A stretch of 63,775 bases of DNA, filler included, from Candidatus Tectimicrobiota bacterium (lineage in GTDB: Bacteria > JACPSX01), in the NCBI GenBank assembly GCA_016193065.1. It is 10 parts of 10 records of this genome, joined end to end, with 100 filler letters (N's around TTAATTAATTAA, not from the genome) between each part and the next. Parts side by side here need not be neighbours in the genome. Positions count along the whole stretch, not along the records: positions 41,658 to 49,865 come from JACPSX010000151.1; positions 49,966 to 52,620 come from JACPSX010000152.1; positions 52,721 to 55,450 come from JACPSX010000188.1; 7 more parts are not named here. The stretch is one strand, 5' to 3'. A program made the translations under genes and the position numbers. Shown here piece after piece: positions 42,426 through 53,859 of the stretch (its first letter is position 1; each line of letters opens with the position of its first letter). The notes under the pieces are model-generated. The model saw only the letters and a list, made by a program, of their open reading frames with translations, did no database searches and was not told the DNA's origin.

Positions 42426-43403
42426 ATGCCGGCGCAAGGTCACCTCTATTTTCACTCCCCCTGTTTCGACGGCATCGTGTCCGCGGTCCTGGCCTGGGAT
42501 TTTCTGGAGGCCGGTCAAGGATGGGCGTCCATAACGCTGCACCGGGTGAACTACGACCTCCGGGAAACCTGGCTAACTTCCTCCCTGGAAAGCCCCTGCG
42601 CTGTCGTGGACTTTCTCTACCACCCCCAGGCGCAGTTTTGGGCGGATCATCACATGACGGCCTTCCTGAACGAGGAATCCCGGCAGCACTTTGAAAACCG
42701 GAGAGGGCCGGCTCTCGTCTACGACGAGCGGGCGGGCTCCTGCTCGGGGTTGCTCCGCGAGCATTTGTCCAGGGCATTCGGCCATAGGAACCCCCGGTAC
42801 GATGAGATGGTGCAGTGGGCGGAAAAGATCGACGCGGCGCGGTACGAGTCCGTCCGCGAGGCCATTCTTGCTCCGGCCCCCGCGCTCCGGATCAGCACCG
42901 GGCTGGCCTTGGGGGGCGCAGAAGGGTACTGCGAGGGTCTGGTGCGCTCCCTCCGCAACGGAACGCTGCAGGAGGTGGCCGATCTTCCCGAAGTGCAAGG
43001 ACGGTTCGAGCGGGCTCAGGCGCGCATGCAAACGGGCCTCGACCGCTTCGCGGCCGCCGCCCGGCTGGAAAGCGACGGGATCGTGGTGTTTGACGTGGAC
43101 GGCAAGGGGGCCCTCATCAGCCGGTATGCTCCCTATTATTTTTTCCCGGAGGCGCGCTATTCCGCCGGCATTGTGCGCTGGGAGGATGGGGCCGGGATCA
43201 CGGCCATGAGAAATCCATGGCGTGAATTTGAAAGTGTTTTCCTCGGGAAAATCTGCGAGAAACTCGGCGGCGGCGGGCACCAGCGGGTCGGGTCTGTCGT
43301 GCTGCGCGGCGATCGTGCCGCGGAGGCCGCTTCCGTGCTGGAGCGGCTACTCTCGGAGATCCGGTACGCGGAGAGCCGAGGCGGGGGAGGACAGACACCA
43401 TGA
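42426..43403 (+). CDS. DHH/DHHA1 phosphoesterase-like protein
   Basis: HSPCFDG (motif I), VVDF (II), ADHH (III), C-terminal GGGGH. Confidence 0.8.
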   Translation: MPAQGHLYFHSPCFDGIVSAVLAWDFLEAGQGWASITLHRVNYDLRETWLTSSLESPCAVVDFLYHPQAQFWADHHMTAFLNEESRQHFENRRGPALVYDERAGSCSGLLREHLSRAFGHRNPRYDEMVQWAEKIDAARYESVREAILAPAPALRISTGLALGGAEGYCEGLVRSLRNGTLQEVADLPEVQGRFERAQARMQTGLDRFAAAARLESDGIVVFDVDGKGALISRYAPYYFFPEARYSAGIVRWEDGAGITAMRNPWREFESVFLGKICEKLGGGGHQRVGSVVLRGDRAAEAASVLERLLSEIRYAESRGGGGQTP

Positions 43404-44218
43404 TCGAGCGCTTCAATTTCTTCGACATCTACGGTTATCTCCTGCCGGGCCTTGCCTTCCTGGGCCTGATGTGGCTGCCCTTCGGGCTCACGGTGGGCTA
43501 CTGGCCCCCCGCGGAATGGGGCTCCGCCCTCGTCGCTCTGGTCCTGGGATACCTGGCGGGTCATCTTATCTTTGGGCTGGCCGAGCGCGCAATCCCGCCG
43601 AAGATGAGGGACACCCAAGGGGAGCTTCGTTTCCCCTCCGATATTCTCCTGGATGACGGGAATGACAATTTCTCGCCGGAGTTGAAGAGCCGGCTTGTGG
43701 ATCGCATTCTCATCCGGTTTGGAATCGATATAACCGACGCTGGAAATCCGGAGCCGGAGGTTCGCGGGAAGCGGCGAAAGGACGCGTTTTTTTTGTGCCG
43801 CAGCGCTGTGAAGCAGAAGGAGGCCGCCTCCTATGCGGAACAGATGCAGGGGATGTACGTCCTGATGCAGAGCCTGACCGTGGTCTGCCTCCTGGCCGCC
43901 GTCTACCATTTCGGCTGGGCGCTGGCGATGTTTGTCCCCGTCTCTCTTCTCGATGGGACTTTGTATTTGATCGCCGCGGGAACGGTATTGGCCGCCCTCT
44001 GGCACGACTCAGGGAAGCTATTCTGGTTGATCCCGATTCTTTTCTTTTTCCTGGGCGGCTGGCTGGGCACCGGAAACGTCATCGGCTATGAAATGTTCTC
44101 CGTTCTCCTGGGGATCTGCTTTACCTTGCTGTTTATCGCCCTGCGCTGCCACACTGCTTACCGGACCTTTGCCTGGAGCTTCGCCGAGACCGTTTATCGC
44201 GACTTCTGCGGCCTGTAA
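43400..44218 (+). CDS. Multi-pass membrane protein of unknown function, translationally coupled to the DHH gene
   Basis: FNFFDIYGYLLPG, GYLAGHLI; ATGA overlap; several TM helices around a soluble insert. Confidence 0.75.
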   Translation: MIERFNFFDIYGYLLPGLAFLGLMWLPFGLTVGYWPPAEWGSALVALVLGYLAGHLIFGLAERAIPPKMRDTQGELRFPSDILLDDGNDNFSPELKSRLVDRILIRFGIDITDAGNPEPEVRGKRRKDAFFLCRSAVKQKEAASYAEQMQGMYVLMQSLTVVCLLAAVYHFGWALAMFVPVSLLDGTLYLIAAGTVLAALWHDSGKLFWLIPILFFFLGGWLGTGNVIGYEMFSVLLGICFTLLFIALRCHTAYRTFAWSFAETVYRDFCGL

Positions 44219-45058
44219 TTACCCTCTTCGCGTTCCGGTTCTTCCGGGGTCGAGGCGCTCCCTCGCACTCTCGCCCAAAGAGTTGAACGCCAGGATGGTG
44301 GCGAAGATCATCGCCGCGGGGAAGATAATCAGGTGGGGGTAGAACTTCATGGCGGCCCAGCCGTCGTTGGCCAGCGTCCCCCAACTGCTGAACGGAGGGG
44401 GAACGCCCAGGCCGATGAAGCTCAAGGTGGATTCCGCCAGGATCGCGGCGGGGATCCGGTAGATGACCGTGACCAGAAGGGGGCCCGCCGTGTTGGGCAG
44501 GATGTGGCGGAAGAGGATCACCCGGTGAGGGGCGCCCGCAGCGCGGGCCGCCACGATGTACTCCTGGGTGCAGATCTTCAGAACCTCGCCGCGGATCACC
44601 CGGGCCACGGTGACCCAGCTCACCAGGCTCAACGCCAGGAGAATGCCGATCGCCCCCCGGCCGATCAGCACGCTGATGAGGATGATGAGAAGAAGATCGG
44701 GGAGCGAGTAAACCACCTCCACCCACCGCATCAATACGTTGTCCGTGCGACCCCCCACGTACCCGGAGACGGCGCCGTACACGGTGCCGATCAAAACGGA
44801 GATGAGGGCGGTGGACAGGCCGATGCTGAGCGACAGGCGGGCTCCGTACAGCATCCGGCTGAACAGGTCGCGGCCCAGGAGATCGGTCCCCATCAGGTGG
44901 CTCCATCCGGGGGGCAGGAGCATGGCGCGCGGATCCTGCTGCTGGTAACCGTAGGGGGCGAACCAGGAGGCTCCCAGTGCCGCTGTGCCTAGAGCCACGA
45001 GGAAGATCAGGCTGATCCACCCCCGCCGGTGTCCCGTATGCAAGCGAGCGTTTCCCAT
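44219..45058 (-). CDS. oppC: Oligopeptide ABC permease
   Basis: GTDLLGRD, YGARLSL, RHILPN, ESTLSFIGLG. Confidence 0.92.
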   Translation of the reverse strand: MGNARLHTGHRRGWISLIFLVALGTAALGASWFAPYGYQQQDPRAMLLPPGWSHLMGTDLLGRDLFSRMLYGARLSLSIGLSTALISVLIGTVYGAVSGYVGGRTDNVLMRWVEVVYSLPDLLLIILISVLIGRGAIGILLALSLVSWVTVARVIRGEVLKICTQEYIVAARAAGAPHRVILFRHILPNTAGPLLVTVIYRIPAAILAESTLSFIGLGVPPPFSSWGTLANDGWAAMKFYPHLIIFPAAMIFATILAFNSLGESARERLDPGRTGTRRG

Positions 45059-45062
45059 GTTC

Positions 45063-45980
45063 CTACTCCACACGAACCCGCGGATCGAGGATCCCGTAGA
45101 GGAGATCGACGATCATGTTGGCCAGGATGATGAGCACGGTGTACATCAGTGTCACGCCCATGATCAGCGGGTAATCGCGGTTGGTCACGGCGGTGACGAA
45201 GTGCTTTCCCATGCCCGGCAGGGAAAAGATCGTTTCCACCACAAACGATCCCGTCACCAGGCCGGCCGTCAGGGGGCCCACAACGCTCACCACCGGAGTG
45301 AGGGCGTTCTTCAACGCGTGCCGGAGGATGACTCGCGACTCCCGCAGTCCCTTGGCCCTGGCTGTTCGCACAAAATCCTTCTCCATGACTTCCAGGAGGC
45401 TGGCCCGGCAAAGACGGGCGAGAAACGCGGCGGGAGCAAAGGACAGCGTGACCACGGGCAGGACGGTGAACCTCCACCCCTCCCACAGGGCGGGAGGGAA
45501 GAAATGCAGCGAATCGGCCAGGGAAAAGACCAGGAGGGAGCCCAAGACGAAGGTGGGGAGGGAGAAGCCCAGGACGGAAAACAATCCTCCGCCCCTGTCC
45601 AGCCAGGAGCCGGGGCGCCAGGCCGAGACGATTCCCGTCCCGACCCCGCACAGCACGGACAGGACGAGAGAGAAGAGCCCCAACTGAAGGGAGACCGGGA
45701 AAGCCTCCCGCAGGATGTCGTTCACACTCCTGCCCAGGTACTTGTACGAGGGGCCGAAGTCTCCCCGGGCCAGGCTTCCCATGTAGAGGAGGTACTGCTT
45801 CCAGACTGGTTCGTCCAGGTGATACTTCCTCTCCACGTTGGCCTGGATCGCGGGCGGAAGTTTCTTTTCCCGGTCGAAGGGACCTCCGGGCACGAGCCGC
45901 ATGAGCACGAAGCTCAGCGTGGCAACGATGAACAGCGTAGGGATCGCGGAGACGAGCCTGCGGAGCACGAGCGGAAGCAT
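45063..45980 (-). CDS. oppB: Oligopeptide ABC permease
   Basis: PGGPF, GDFGPSY, TARAKGL, RHALKN, NRDYP. Confidence 0.93.
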   Translation of the reverse strand: MLPLVLRRLVSAIPTLFIVATLSFVLMRLVPGGPFDREKKLPPAIQANVERKYHLDEPVWKQYLLYMGSLARGDFGPSYKYLGRSVNDILREAFPVSLQLGLFSLVLSVLCGVGTGIVSAWRPGSWLDRGGGLFSVLGFSLPTFVLGSLLVFSLADSLHFFPPALWEGWRFTVLPVVTLSFAPAAFLARLCRASLLEVMEKDFVRTARAKGLRESRVILRHALKNALTPVVSVVGPLTAGLVTGSFVVETIFSLPGMGKHFVTAVTNRDYPLIMGVTLMYTVLIILANMIVDLLYGILDPRVRVE

Positions 45981-45981
45981 G

Positions 45982-47580
45982 TCAGCCCTTTCCCGATCCG
46001 CCGTTGCGTCCGGCCTTCGGATCTGCGAGCCGCACCCGCTTCAGGTACAGAATGTCCATGGCGTTCACCTCGAAGCCGCGCACGTAGGGCTTGAGAAGCA
46101 TGTTCTGGGCGGCCACGAACAGGGGAATGATCGGCACCTCCTCTTCCGAGAGGATTTTCTGAGCCCGGTTGTAGAGATCGACCCGTGTCCGTTCGTCAGG
46201 CTCTCCGGCGGCCCGCGCAATGAGCTCGTCGTACCGGAGGTTTCCCCATTTCGTATTGTTGTTCCCCCCTCCGGTGACAAACAGGTTGAGGAAATTGTCC
46301 GGATCGGGATAGTCCGCTCCCCAGCCCAGGCGGAACAGGGGGGGCGGGTCCGCTTTCAGGTTCTTGAGATACACTTTCCATTCCTGATTGTCCAGGTCGA
46401 TGGAGACTCCCAGGTGTTCTCTCCACTGGGCCTGAAGAAACTCGCCGACGAGGCTGTTCACCGCGTCCGAGTTGAACACCGCCTTCACGCGGGGAAATCC
46501 TTTGCCGCCGGGGTATCCCGCCTCCGCCAGCAGGCGGCGGGCCTCACGCGGGTTGAAGCGCAGCCCAATCTCGGGATTGTAGGCCAGCATTCCCTTCGGC
46601 ACCCAGGAGTTCGTGGGAATCTCCCCGCCCTGCAAGATCCGCGTCAACCGGGTCTTGTCGATCGCCATGGCGAAGGCTTTCCGTACCCGCACGTCGCTGA
46701 ACGGCTTCTTTTCCACGTTGAACCCGTAGTAGTAGCCGCGGAGCTGGGGGGCCGTCACATATTCCGGATGTCCCCGGTAGCGGGGAATCGCCAGAGGGGG
46801 GAGATTGACAACTTCGAGGAACCCGGTCTCGTACAGGGTGAGCGCCGTGTTGGGCTCGGGAACCACGTACATCTCCACCCGCTCCAGGGCCGGAGGCGGG
46901 CCGTAGTAAGACGGATTCCGGGCCAGAATCACCTTGTAATCGTGCTGCCAGCGCTCCAGTCGGAAGGGGCCGTTGGTGACCATGTTCCGCGGCTCCGTCC
47001 ACTGCTCGCCGAACTTCTCCACTATGTCCCGGCGCATCGGAAAGGTCACCATAAACGTGGTGATGCTCGGAAAGTAGGCCCGCGGCGCGATCAGGCGCAC
47101 CTCCAAGGTGAAATCGTCCAGCGCTTTCACCCCGACGAGATTCGGGTCGGTGATCTTCCCCTCGTTGTACTCCTTGGCATTGACCAGGTCGTAGAGGAAG
47201 TAGGAGTATTCCGCCGCGGTCGCCGGGTTCAAAAGCCGTTTCCAGGAATATTCGAAATCCCGGGCGGTGACGGGCTTCCCGTCCGTCCACCGTACGTCCT
47301 TCCGCAGATGGAAGACGAGACGGCGCCCCCCGTCCAGGACCTCCCAGCGCTGCGCCACAGCCGGCCGGGGGTGGAGGTCTTTGTCGAACTGGGTGAGCCC
47401 TTCCATGATGTTGGTGATCACGTCGAACGAGACGTTGTCCGTGGCCAGGGACCAGTCCAGCGTCGGGGGCTCGGAGGAGAGGTTCATCCGGAAGGCGGCC
47501 GTCTCCCGCCGGTCCCCCTCCGCCTGCGCGCAGCCTACGAGAAGAGCCAGGGCAATGATCAGAAAGTGTTTGGGGCTCAT
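45982..47580 (-). CDS. oppA: Oligopeptide ABC substrate-binding lipoprotein
   Basis: LVGC lipobox, EPPTLD, WTDGKPVTA.DF, NGPF, GWGADYPDP. Confidence 0.92.
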   Translation of the reverse strand: MSPKHFLIIALALLVGCAQAEGDRRETAAFRMNLSSEPPTLDWSLATDNVSFDVITNIMEGLTQFDKDLHPRPAVAQRWEVLDGGRRLVFHLRKDVRWTDGKPVTARDFEYSWKRLLNPATAAEYSYFLYDLVNAKEYNEGKITDPNLVGVKALDDFTLEVRLIAPRAYFPSITTFMVTFPMRRDIVEKFGEQWTEPRNMVTNGPFRLERWQHDYKVILARNPSYYGPPPALERVEMYVVPEPNTALTLYETGFLEVVNLPPLAIPRYRGHPEYVTAPQLRGYYYGFNVEKKPFSDVRVRKAFAMAIDKTRLTRILQGGEIPTNSWVPKGMLAYNPEIGLRFNPREARRLLAEAGYPGGKGFPRVKAVFNSDAVNSLVGEFLQAQWREHLGVSIDLDNQEWKVYLKNLKADPPPLFRLGWGADYPDPDNFLNLFVTGGGNNNTKWGNLRYDELIARAAGEPDERTRVDLYNRAQKILSEEEVPIIPLFVAAQNMLLKPYVRGFEVNAMDILYLKRVRLADPKAGRNGGSGKG

Positions 47581-47812
47581 GGAGTTGCTCTCCGGGGGGT
47601 GCGCACGAACACCCCCTGGCCTTTGTATAACATATCTCGGGAAAAGCTGCCCGTTGATCTCCACTTCCAGGAAGGAAGGGTTGCCGGAAGGATGACGGGC
47701 GAATGGTGGGTCAAGGGGGGAGGGAATCACAAGAGTCGGGACTTGACAGGAGGAACCCGCTGGGGTTCCTTAAGTTAGAGGATGTGAAGTTGTCGCAAGT
47801 CTGTTTCTCTCG

Positions 47813-48910
47813 GTGAAGGACAAACCTGCGGGAGGAGACACGGTGCGGGCCGATCGATCTCCCATCCGGGGCCGCGGTGCGGCGGGCAACCCGGCCAACC
47901 GGTTTGAGAGGATTTCCTACGTCCCTGATCCGGAATGCACCGATCCGGAAGACCCCGCGCCTGAGACCCAGTTTCTGACGGATACCTCCCGTTCGATCAT
48001 CGCCTACAACGACAGCCCCGACGTGGGATTCGATGCCAGCCTGAACCCGTACCGGGGCTGCGAGCACGGCTGTATCTACTGCTACGCTCGGCCCACCCAC
48101 GAATACCTTGGATTCTCTGCCGGCCTTGATTTCGAGACGAAAATCTTAGTAAAGGAAGACGCCCCAGATCTGCTGCGGGGCGAGCTTGCCTCTGCGCGCT
48201 GGAACCCCCAGGTGGTGGCGATCAGCGGGGTCACGGACCCCTACCAGCCGGTGGAGCGGCGGCTCATGCTCACCCGGCGCTGTCTGGAAGTGTTCCTCGA
48301 GTTTCGGAATCCCGTGGCGCTGGTCACCAAGAATTTCCTGGTCACCCGGGATCTGGATCTGCTGGCGGAGTTGGCCCGCTACGATGCCGCCTCGGTCACC
48401 CTGTCCGTCACGACGCTGGACGGGGATCTCAGCCGGATCATGGAGCCGCGCACCTCCCATCCGAATCGCAGGCTCGCTGCCGTTGAGGCACTGGCCCAGG
48501 AGGGCGTGCCCGTGGGGGTGCTGGTGGCGCCCGTGATCCCGGGCCTCACGGATCACGAGATCCCCGCGATCCTGACCGCGGTCGCCCGGGCGGGGGCGAG
48601 TTTCGCCGGTTACACGCCGGTCCGCCTCCCGCACGCCGTCGCCTCCCTGTTCGAGGAATGGCTCACGCGGCACTATCCGGACAAGAAGGAAAAGGTGCTG
48701 AACCGGATCCGGGCCATCCGGGGCGGAAAGCTGAATGATTCCCGCTTCGGCTCGAGGATGCAGGGGGAGGGGATTTTTGCGGAGCAGATCGCCGAGCTGT
48801 TCTCCCTGGCCTGCCGCAAAGCGGGCCTCAGCGAAGAGGGCCCGGACCTCTCCACGGCCGCCTTCCGCCGCCCGTCCGGCCCTCAGCTCCCGCTTTTCGG
48901 GTCCGCCTGA
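47813..48910 (+). CDS. PA0069-family radical SAM protein (SplB-like)
   Basis: GRGA..NP.NRF, NPYRGCEHGCIYCYARPTH, TDPYQP. Confidence 0.92.
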   Translation: MKDKPAGGDTVRADRSPIRGRGAAGNPANRFERISYVPDPECTDPEDPAPETQFLTDTSRSIIAYNDSPDVGFDASLNPYRGCEHGCIYCYARPTHEYLGFSAGLDFETKILVKEDAPDLLRGELASARWNPQVVAISGVTDPYQPVERRLMLTRRCLEVFLEFRNPVALVTKNFLVTRDLDLLAELARYDAASVTLSVTTLDGDLSRIMEPRTSHPNRRLAAVEALAQEGVPVGVLVAPVIPGLTDHEIPAILTAVARAGASFAGYTPVRLPHAVASLFEEWLTRHYPDKKEKVLNRIRAIRGGKLNDSRFGSRMQGEGIFAEQIAELFSLACRKAGLSEEGPDLSTAAFRRPSGPQLPLFGSA

Positions 48911-48994
48911 GCCTTTCCCTGGGACCCAGGAATTCCTTGTGGGAATTGACTTTTCTTCTGTATACTCACTTCGTTTCCTGAGGAGCACGCGGAA

Positions 48995-49294
48995 ATGGCG
49001 GGACGGGAACTGACGGTTGAGAAGATCAGGGAAGCGCTGCGGCCTCTCTTCCAGAGACCGGGGCTGCAGCTTGCCCTTGTGTTCGGATCTCGATCCGCCG
49101 GCAGGGCCGGAAAAGGGAGCGATCTCGACTTGGCCGTGCTTGGGGACAAGCCCGTGGATTTGGTAAAGGTAACCAACGAAGTCATCAAGTTACTCCATCT
49201 CAACGAGGTTGATGTGGTTGACTTGCGGCGCGCCAGCCCTCTTCTGGCCATGGAATCGATTCAGCAGTTCCTGTCGGAGAGGGGATTGACGTGA
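48995..49294 (+). CDS. MNT nucleotidyltransferase antitoxin (MntA-like), probably internally deleted
   Basis: FGSRS.G...SDLDLAV, VDVVDL..ASPLL; usual C-terminal segment appears missing. Confidence 0.82.
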   Translation: MAGRELTVEKIREALRPLFQRPGLQLALVFGSRSAGRAGKGSDLDLAVLGDKPVDLVKVTNEVIKLLHLNEVDVVDLRRASPLLAMESIQQFLSERGLT

Positions 49295-49722
49295 CCCCGA
49301 TCGAGGCGGAGGTGATCCGCAGAAAATTGGGAATCATCACGGAGAATTTGCGGGCTTTGCAACCCGTCAAATCGCTCTCCCTGGAAGAATACCGCCGGGA
49401 CCTCTTTCGCAGGAAGGGAACGGAGAGGCTCTTGCAGGAGTTGATCGAAGCCGCTGTCGACATCAACACGCACCTGACCACGGCGCAAGGTCAAGGACCG
49501 CCCGACGACTACTATGATAGCTTCCTCAAGATGGGTGATCTCGGTGTTCTCTCTTCAGAACTTGCCAACGGGCTTGCCCCCTCGGCGGGCCTTAGAAACC
49601 GCCTGGTCCACGAATACGATCTCTTGGACGACGAGCTGATCCTCGCCTCCGTCAGGACAGCTCAGGATCTTTATGCCCGCTATGTGAAGGCCGTTGAGGA
49701 TTTCCTGAAGACCAATCCCTAG
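49291..49722 (+). CDS. HEPN/DUF86 (HepT-like) ribonuclease toxin
   Basis: RNRLVHEY; close paralog of 2841-3272. Confidence 0.9.
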   Translation: MTPIEAEVIRRKLGIITENLRALQPVKSLSLEEYRRDLFRRKGTERLLQELIEAAVDINTHLTTAQGQGPPDDYYDSFLKMGDLGVLSSELANGLAPSAGLRNRLVHEYDLLDDELILASVRTAQDLYARYVKAVEDFLKTNP

Positions 49723-49865
49723 CAATTACAACGGATCGCGAATTCCTTTTCCCGCCCCATGAGGGATTCCCCTCTTGCCTTGTGGTCCGCCGTGTGCGCG
49801 GCGACTGTCTCCACGCCCTTCCGGTAGATATTCTTGATCGTCTCCTCCCAGTCCCGGTTGCCGTC
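49719..49865 (-). CDS. 3' end of a second GrdB/PrdB-like protein (partial)
   Basis: ...NRDWEETIKNIYRKGVETVAAHTADHKARGESLMGREKEFAIRCNC*. Confidence 0.88.
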   Translation of the reverse strand, partial: DGNRDWEETIKNIYRKGVETVAAHTADHKARGESLMGREKEFAIRCNC

Positions 49866-49965
49866 NNNNNNNNNNNNNNNNNNNNNNNNNNNNNNNNNNN
49901 NNNNNNNNNTTAATTAATTAANNNNNNNNNNNNNNNNNNNNNNNNNNNNNNNNNNNNNNNNNNNN
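49866..49965. other. Contig-join linker
   Basis: N-TTAATTAATTAA-N. Confidence 0.98.
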
Positions 49966-50223
49966 ACCGCTCCCCGCAACCGCTAAAAACGTCTATGTCG
50001 CCACCCGCCGCCAGGCGGCTCCGGCGGCACCCACCCATAGAAACGAAATACCCACAACCAGGGCCGCTACCAGCGCCCAGCGGCAGGCCTTTGAAAACTT
50101 CCGCCCGCCCATGACTGTCCTCCTTCCCCTCCGTAAGTTTCCTTCTCCCCCAATTCCCCATGCGCTCCATGGGACAAGCGGCGCGGCCGCGGGGGGGGCG
50201 CGGTCCGCCCGCCGCCTGTACCT

Positions 50224-51216
<993 letters not shown>

Positions 51217-51268
51217 TCATTTTTCGTCGTGAACCGAAACTTCCGGCCTGCGGTTCACGATTTACCAA

Positions 51269-52462
51269 TCAAGCCGCCTCTTCGAATCCGACCCAGTAGA
51301 CGCGCTTACTAACCTTCCCGGTTTTCGTTGCCTGGGCCAGGACCTCGGCCATCCAGTAAAACTCCTCCAGGCGGATGACCTCCCCGCCCATGCCCGCCAT
51401 GAAGGAAGTCGTCAGGGGCCGGTGCGGCGCATCGTACAAGGCAGCCCGCACTTCATGGAGCAGGTTGCCGCCCCGCATGGCCCCGCCATAGGAAGTGCTG
51501 GTCTCCACCACGCCGACTGCCTTGAACTTGGACAGGACCTGAGCCACTTCTTCCGTCGGGAAGGGGCGCACGAAACGGAGCTTCACAAGGCCGATCTTGA
51601 GGCCCTTACTGCGCAAGTGCTCGATGGCATGCCGGGCCGTCAAACAGTGAGCTCCCTGAATGAAGAAAACGAGATCCGCGTCTTCGGTGCGAAACTCCTC
51701 CAGGAAGGGGAAGTAGTTCCGGCCGAAGATCCGGTTGTACTCGTCAATGATCTCCCGGATCACTTTGGGCACGTCCAAGAACGCCTGGGCCCGCTGCAGG
51801 TCCATGATGACTCCCTGATCAGGACGGATCTGCGGCCCGTGGGAGACGGGTTTCTTCGGATCCAAGACATGGGGAGGCCTGTATGGCGGCAGGAACTCGT
51901 CCACCTGAGACTGATCCGGCAGCTTCACCTTGCCTGGAATATGGGAAACAAAGTAGCCATCCTGGCAGACGAACTGCGGCAACATAATCCGCGGGTCCTC
52001 GCCCACCCGGTAGTTGATCAGGTGGTTATCGAAAGCTTCCTGGGGCGTCTCGGCCCAACCCATGAGCCAGCCCTGGTCCCGGCACGACATGGCATCGGTG
52101 TGTTCCGAACCAAAGTCGCCCGGCGGGTCCAGTGTGCGGTCGGCGATCATCATCTGCACCGGCAGGCGAGCGCCGGAGATCGGCGAATAGGTCTCGAAGG
52201 CGTACGTCACCCCTACGCCGGAGCTGCCGGTGAAAGTCCGGGCTCCTGCCGCCGAGGCGCCGTAGCAGACGGAAAGCTGGGCATGTTCGCCTTCTCCATG
52301 AATGAACTCGGCGTCCATCTCGCCGTTGGCAACCATCTTTGCCAGTTCCATCATCACTGCCGTGTAAGGGCGAATCGGATAGGAGCAGATGACGTCCACC
52401 CTGGCCATCTTCACCGCCTGGGCTGAAGCGGCGCATCCGCTCAATGTGATTTCTTTGGCCAT
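51269..52462 (-). CDS. oorA: Oxalate oxidoreductase alpha subunit
   Basis: YPIRP (Arg in place of the PFOR YPITP Thr), GEGEHAQLS, DRTLDPPGDFG. Confidence 0.85.
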   Translation of the reverse strand: MAKEITLSGCAASAQAVKMARVDVICSYPIRPYTAVMMELAKMVANGEMDAEFIHGEGEHAQLSVCYGASAAGARTFTGSSGVGVTYAFETYSPISGARLPVQMMIADRTLDPPGDFGSEHTDAMSCRDQGWLMGWAETPQEAFDNHLINYRVGEDPRIMLPQFVCQDGYFVSHIPGKVKLPDQSQVDEFLPPYRPPHVLDPKKPVSHGPQIRPDQGVIMDLQRAQAFLDVPKVIREIIDEYNRIFGRNYFPFLEEFRTEDADLVFFIQGAHCLTARHAIEHLRSKGLKIGLVKLRFVRPFPTEEVAQVLSKFKAVGVVETSTSYGGAMRGGNLLHEVRAALYDAPHRPLTTSFMAGMGGEVIRLEEFYWMAEVLAQATKTGKVSKRVYWVGFEEAA

Positions 52463-52474
52463 CGGTCTTCCTCC

Positions 52475-52620
52475 TCAGAAAAGCTTTTCCAGGCGAACGA
52501 CCCCGTCCTCGAAGTCCAGCTCGTGCGCCTTGCTCAGGGCTTCCGCGGTGCATTCGTTGACGCAGATCAGGCAGCCTTTGCAGTACTTCGAGTTCCACAG
52601 CACCGATTCTTCCGCATCGT
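52475..52620 (-). CDS. oorD: Oxalate oxidoreductase delta (ferredoxin) subunit, 3' end
   Basis: YCKGCLICVNECT...ELDFEDGVVRLEKLF*. Confidence 0.75.
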
Positions 52621-52720
52621 NNNNNNNNNNNNNNNNNNNNNNNNNNNNNNNNNNNNNNNNNNNNTTAATTAATTAANNNNNNNNNNNNNNNNNNNNNNNN
52701 NNNNNNNNNNNNNNNNNNNN
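52621..52720. other. Contig-join linker
   Basis: N-TTAATTAATTAA-N. Confidence 0.98.
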
Positions 52721-53859
52721 GCTGGGGCGCGGCCCCCGGGGCCGAACGGCGGCGCGCGGCCTACGCATTCCTCGTCTACACGGTGGTCGGGTCCCTTCCG
52801 ATGTTCCTGGCGATACTGGCGCGCCTCGAATACGCGGGGACGGTTTTGGGCGAGTGGTCGGCCCCCTGGGGCCTCTTCCGTTGCCGCGTAGAGTCGCTCC
52901 TCTTCTTCGCCTTTCTCCTGGCCTTCGCCGTAAAACTCCCCGTCTGGCCCCTCCATGCCTGGCTTCCCGACGCCCACACGGAGGCACCCACGGCGGGCTC
53001 CGTGATTCTGGCCGGGGTCTTGCTGAAGATGGGCGGATACGGGTTCCTGCGCTTCAACCTGGCCATGTTTCCCGAGGCCTCGCGGTATTTCGTCCCCCTG
53101 ATGGTCATCCTGGGGATCGTCGCCATCATTTACGGCGCCCTGGTCTGCCTGGCGCAAGGAGATATGAAGCGCCTGATTGCTTTCAGCTCCGTGAGCCACA
53201 TGGGGTTTGTAATCCTGGGCATGTTCGTCTTGAACGAGCAGGGTCTGCTGGGAAGCCTCCTGTACATGATCAATCACGGACTTTCCACCGGAGCCCTCTT
53301 CCTCATCGTGGGCATCCTCTACGAGCGCCGGCACACCCGCATGATCGCCGACTTCGGGGGGCTCTCCAAGCAGCTTCCCGTTTTTGCCGTCTTCTTTGCC
53401 ATCGCCATGCTGTCCTCCATCGGCCTGCCGGGCTTGAACGGCTTTATCGGCGAGTTTCTGGTGGTCGTGGGCGCCTTCAAGAGCAGCATGCTGTACGCCA
53501 TCCTGGCCGTGAGCGGGATCATTCTGGGAGCCGCCTACATGCTCTGGCTTTTCCAGCGCACCATGTTCGGTACGCTGGACAAGGAAGAGAACCGCACCTT
53601 GAAGGACTGCAACGTGCGGGAAGTTTTCTATATGCTCCCGCTCGTCGTCTTTATGTTCTGGATCGGTCTTTACCCCAAACCGTTCCTGCAGGTGATGGAG
53701 CCTAGCGTCCGGCAACTGGCGGCCCGCTACCAGGTTGCGCCGGTCACCCCCGCGGCGGCTCTACAACCCCCCTCCGGCGGCGGCCCGGGTGTCGTGAAAG
53801 AAGCGCCGGCGGGTGAGCCGGTTGGAGAGCAACCTTCCACCCGGGAGGTAGGCCGGTAA
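52721..53859 (+). CDS. nuoM: NADH-quinone oxidoreductase subunit M (5' truncated)
   Basis: VKLP.WPLHAWLPDAHTEAPT, LLKMGGYG, FSSVSHMG, GLPGLNGFIGEF. Confidence 0.92.

Noticed and set aside
47751-47770. AGGAACCC-GCTG-GGGTTCCT palindrome after TTGACA upstream of the radical SAM gene as a LexA box
   Set aside because: Spacing fits no LexA consensus I know and I saw no second copy near mutM; may be an operator but unsupported
49966-50112. Signal-peptide-like ORF start downstream of oorB as an oxalate transporter
   Set aside because: Too short, frame-broken and cut by the contig end; cannot be assigned
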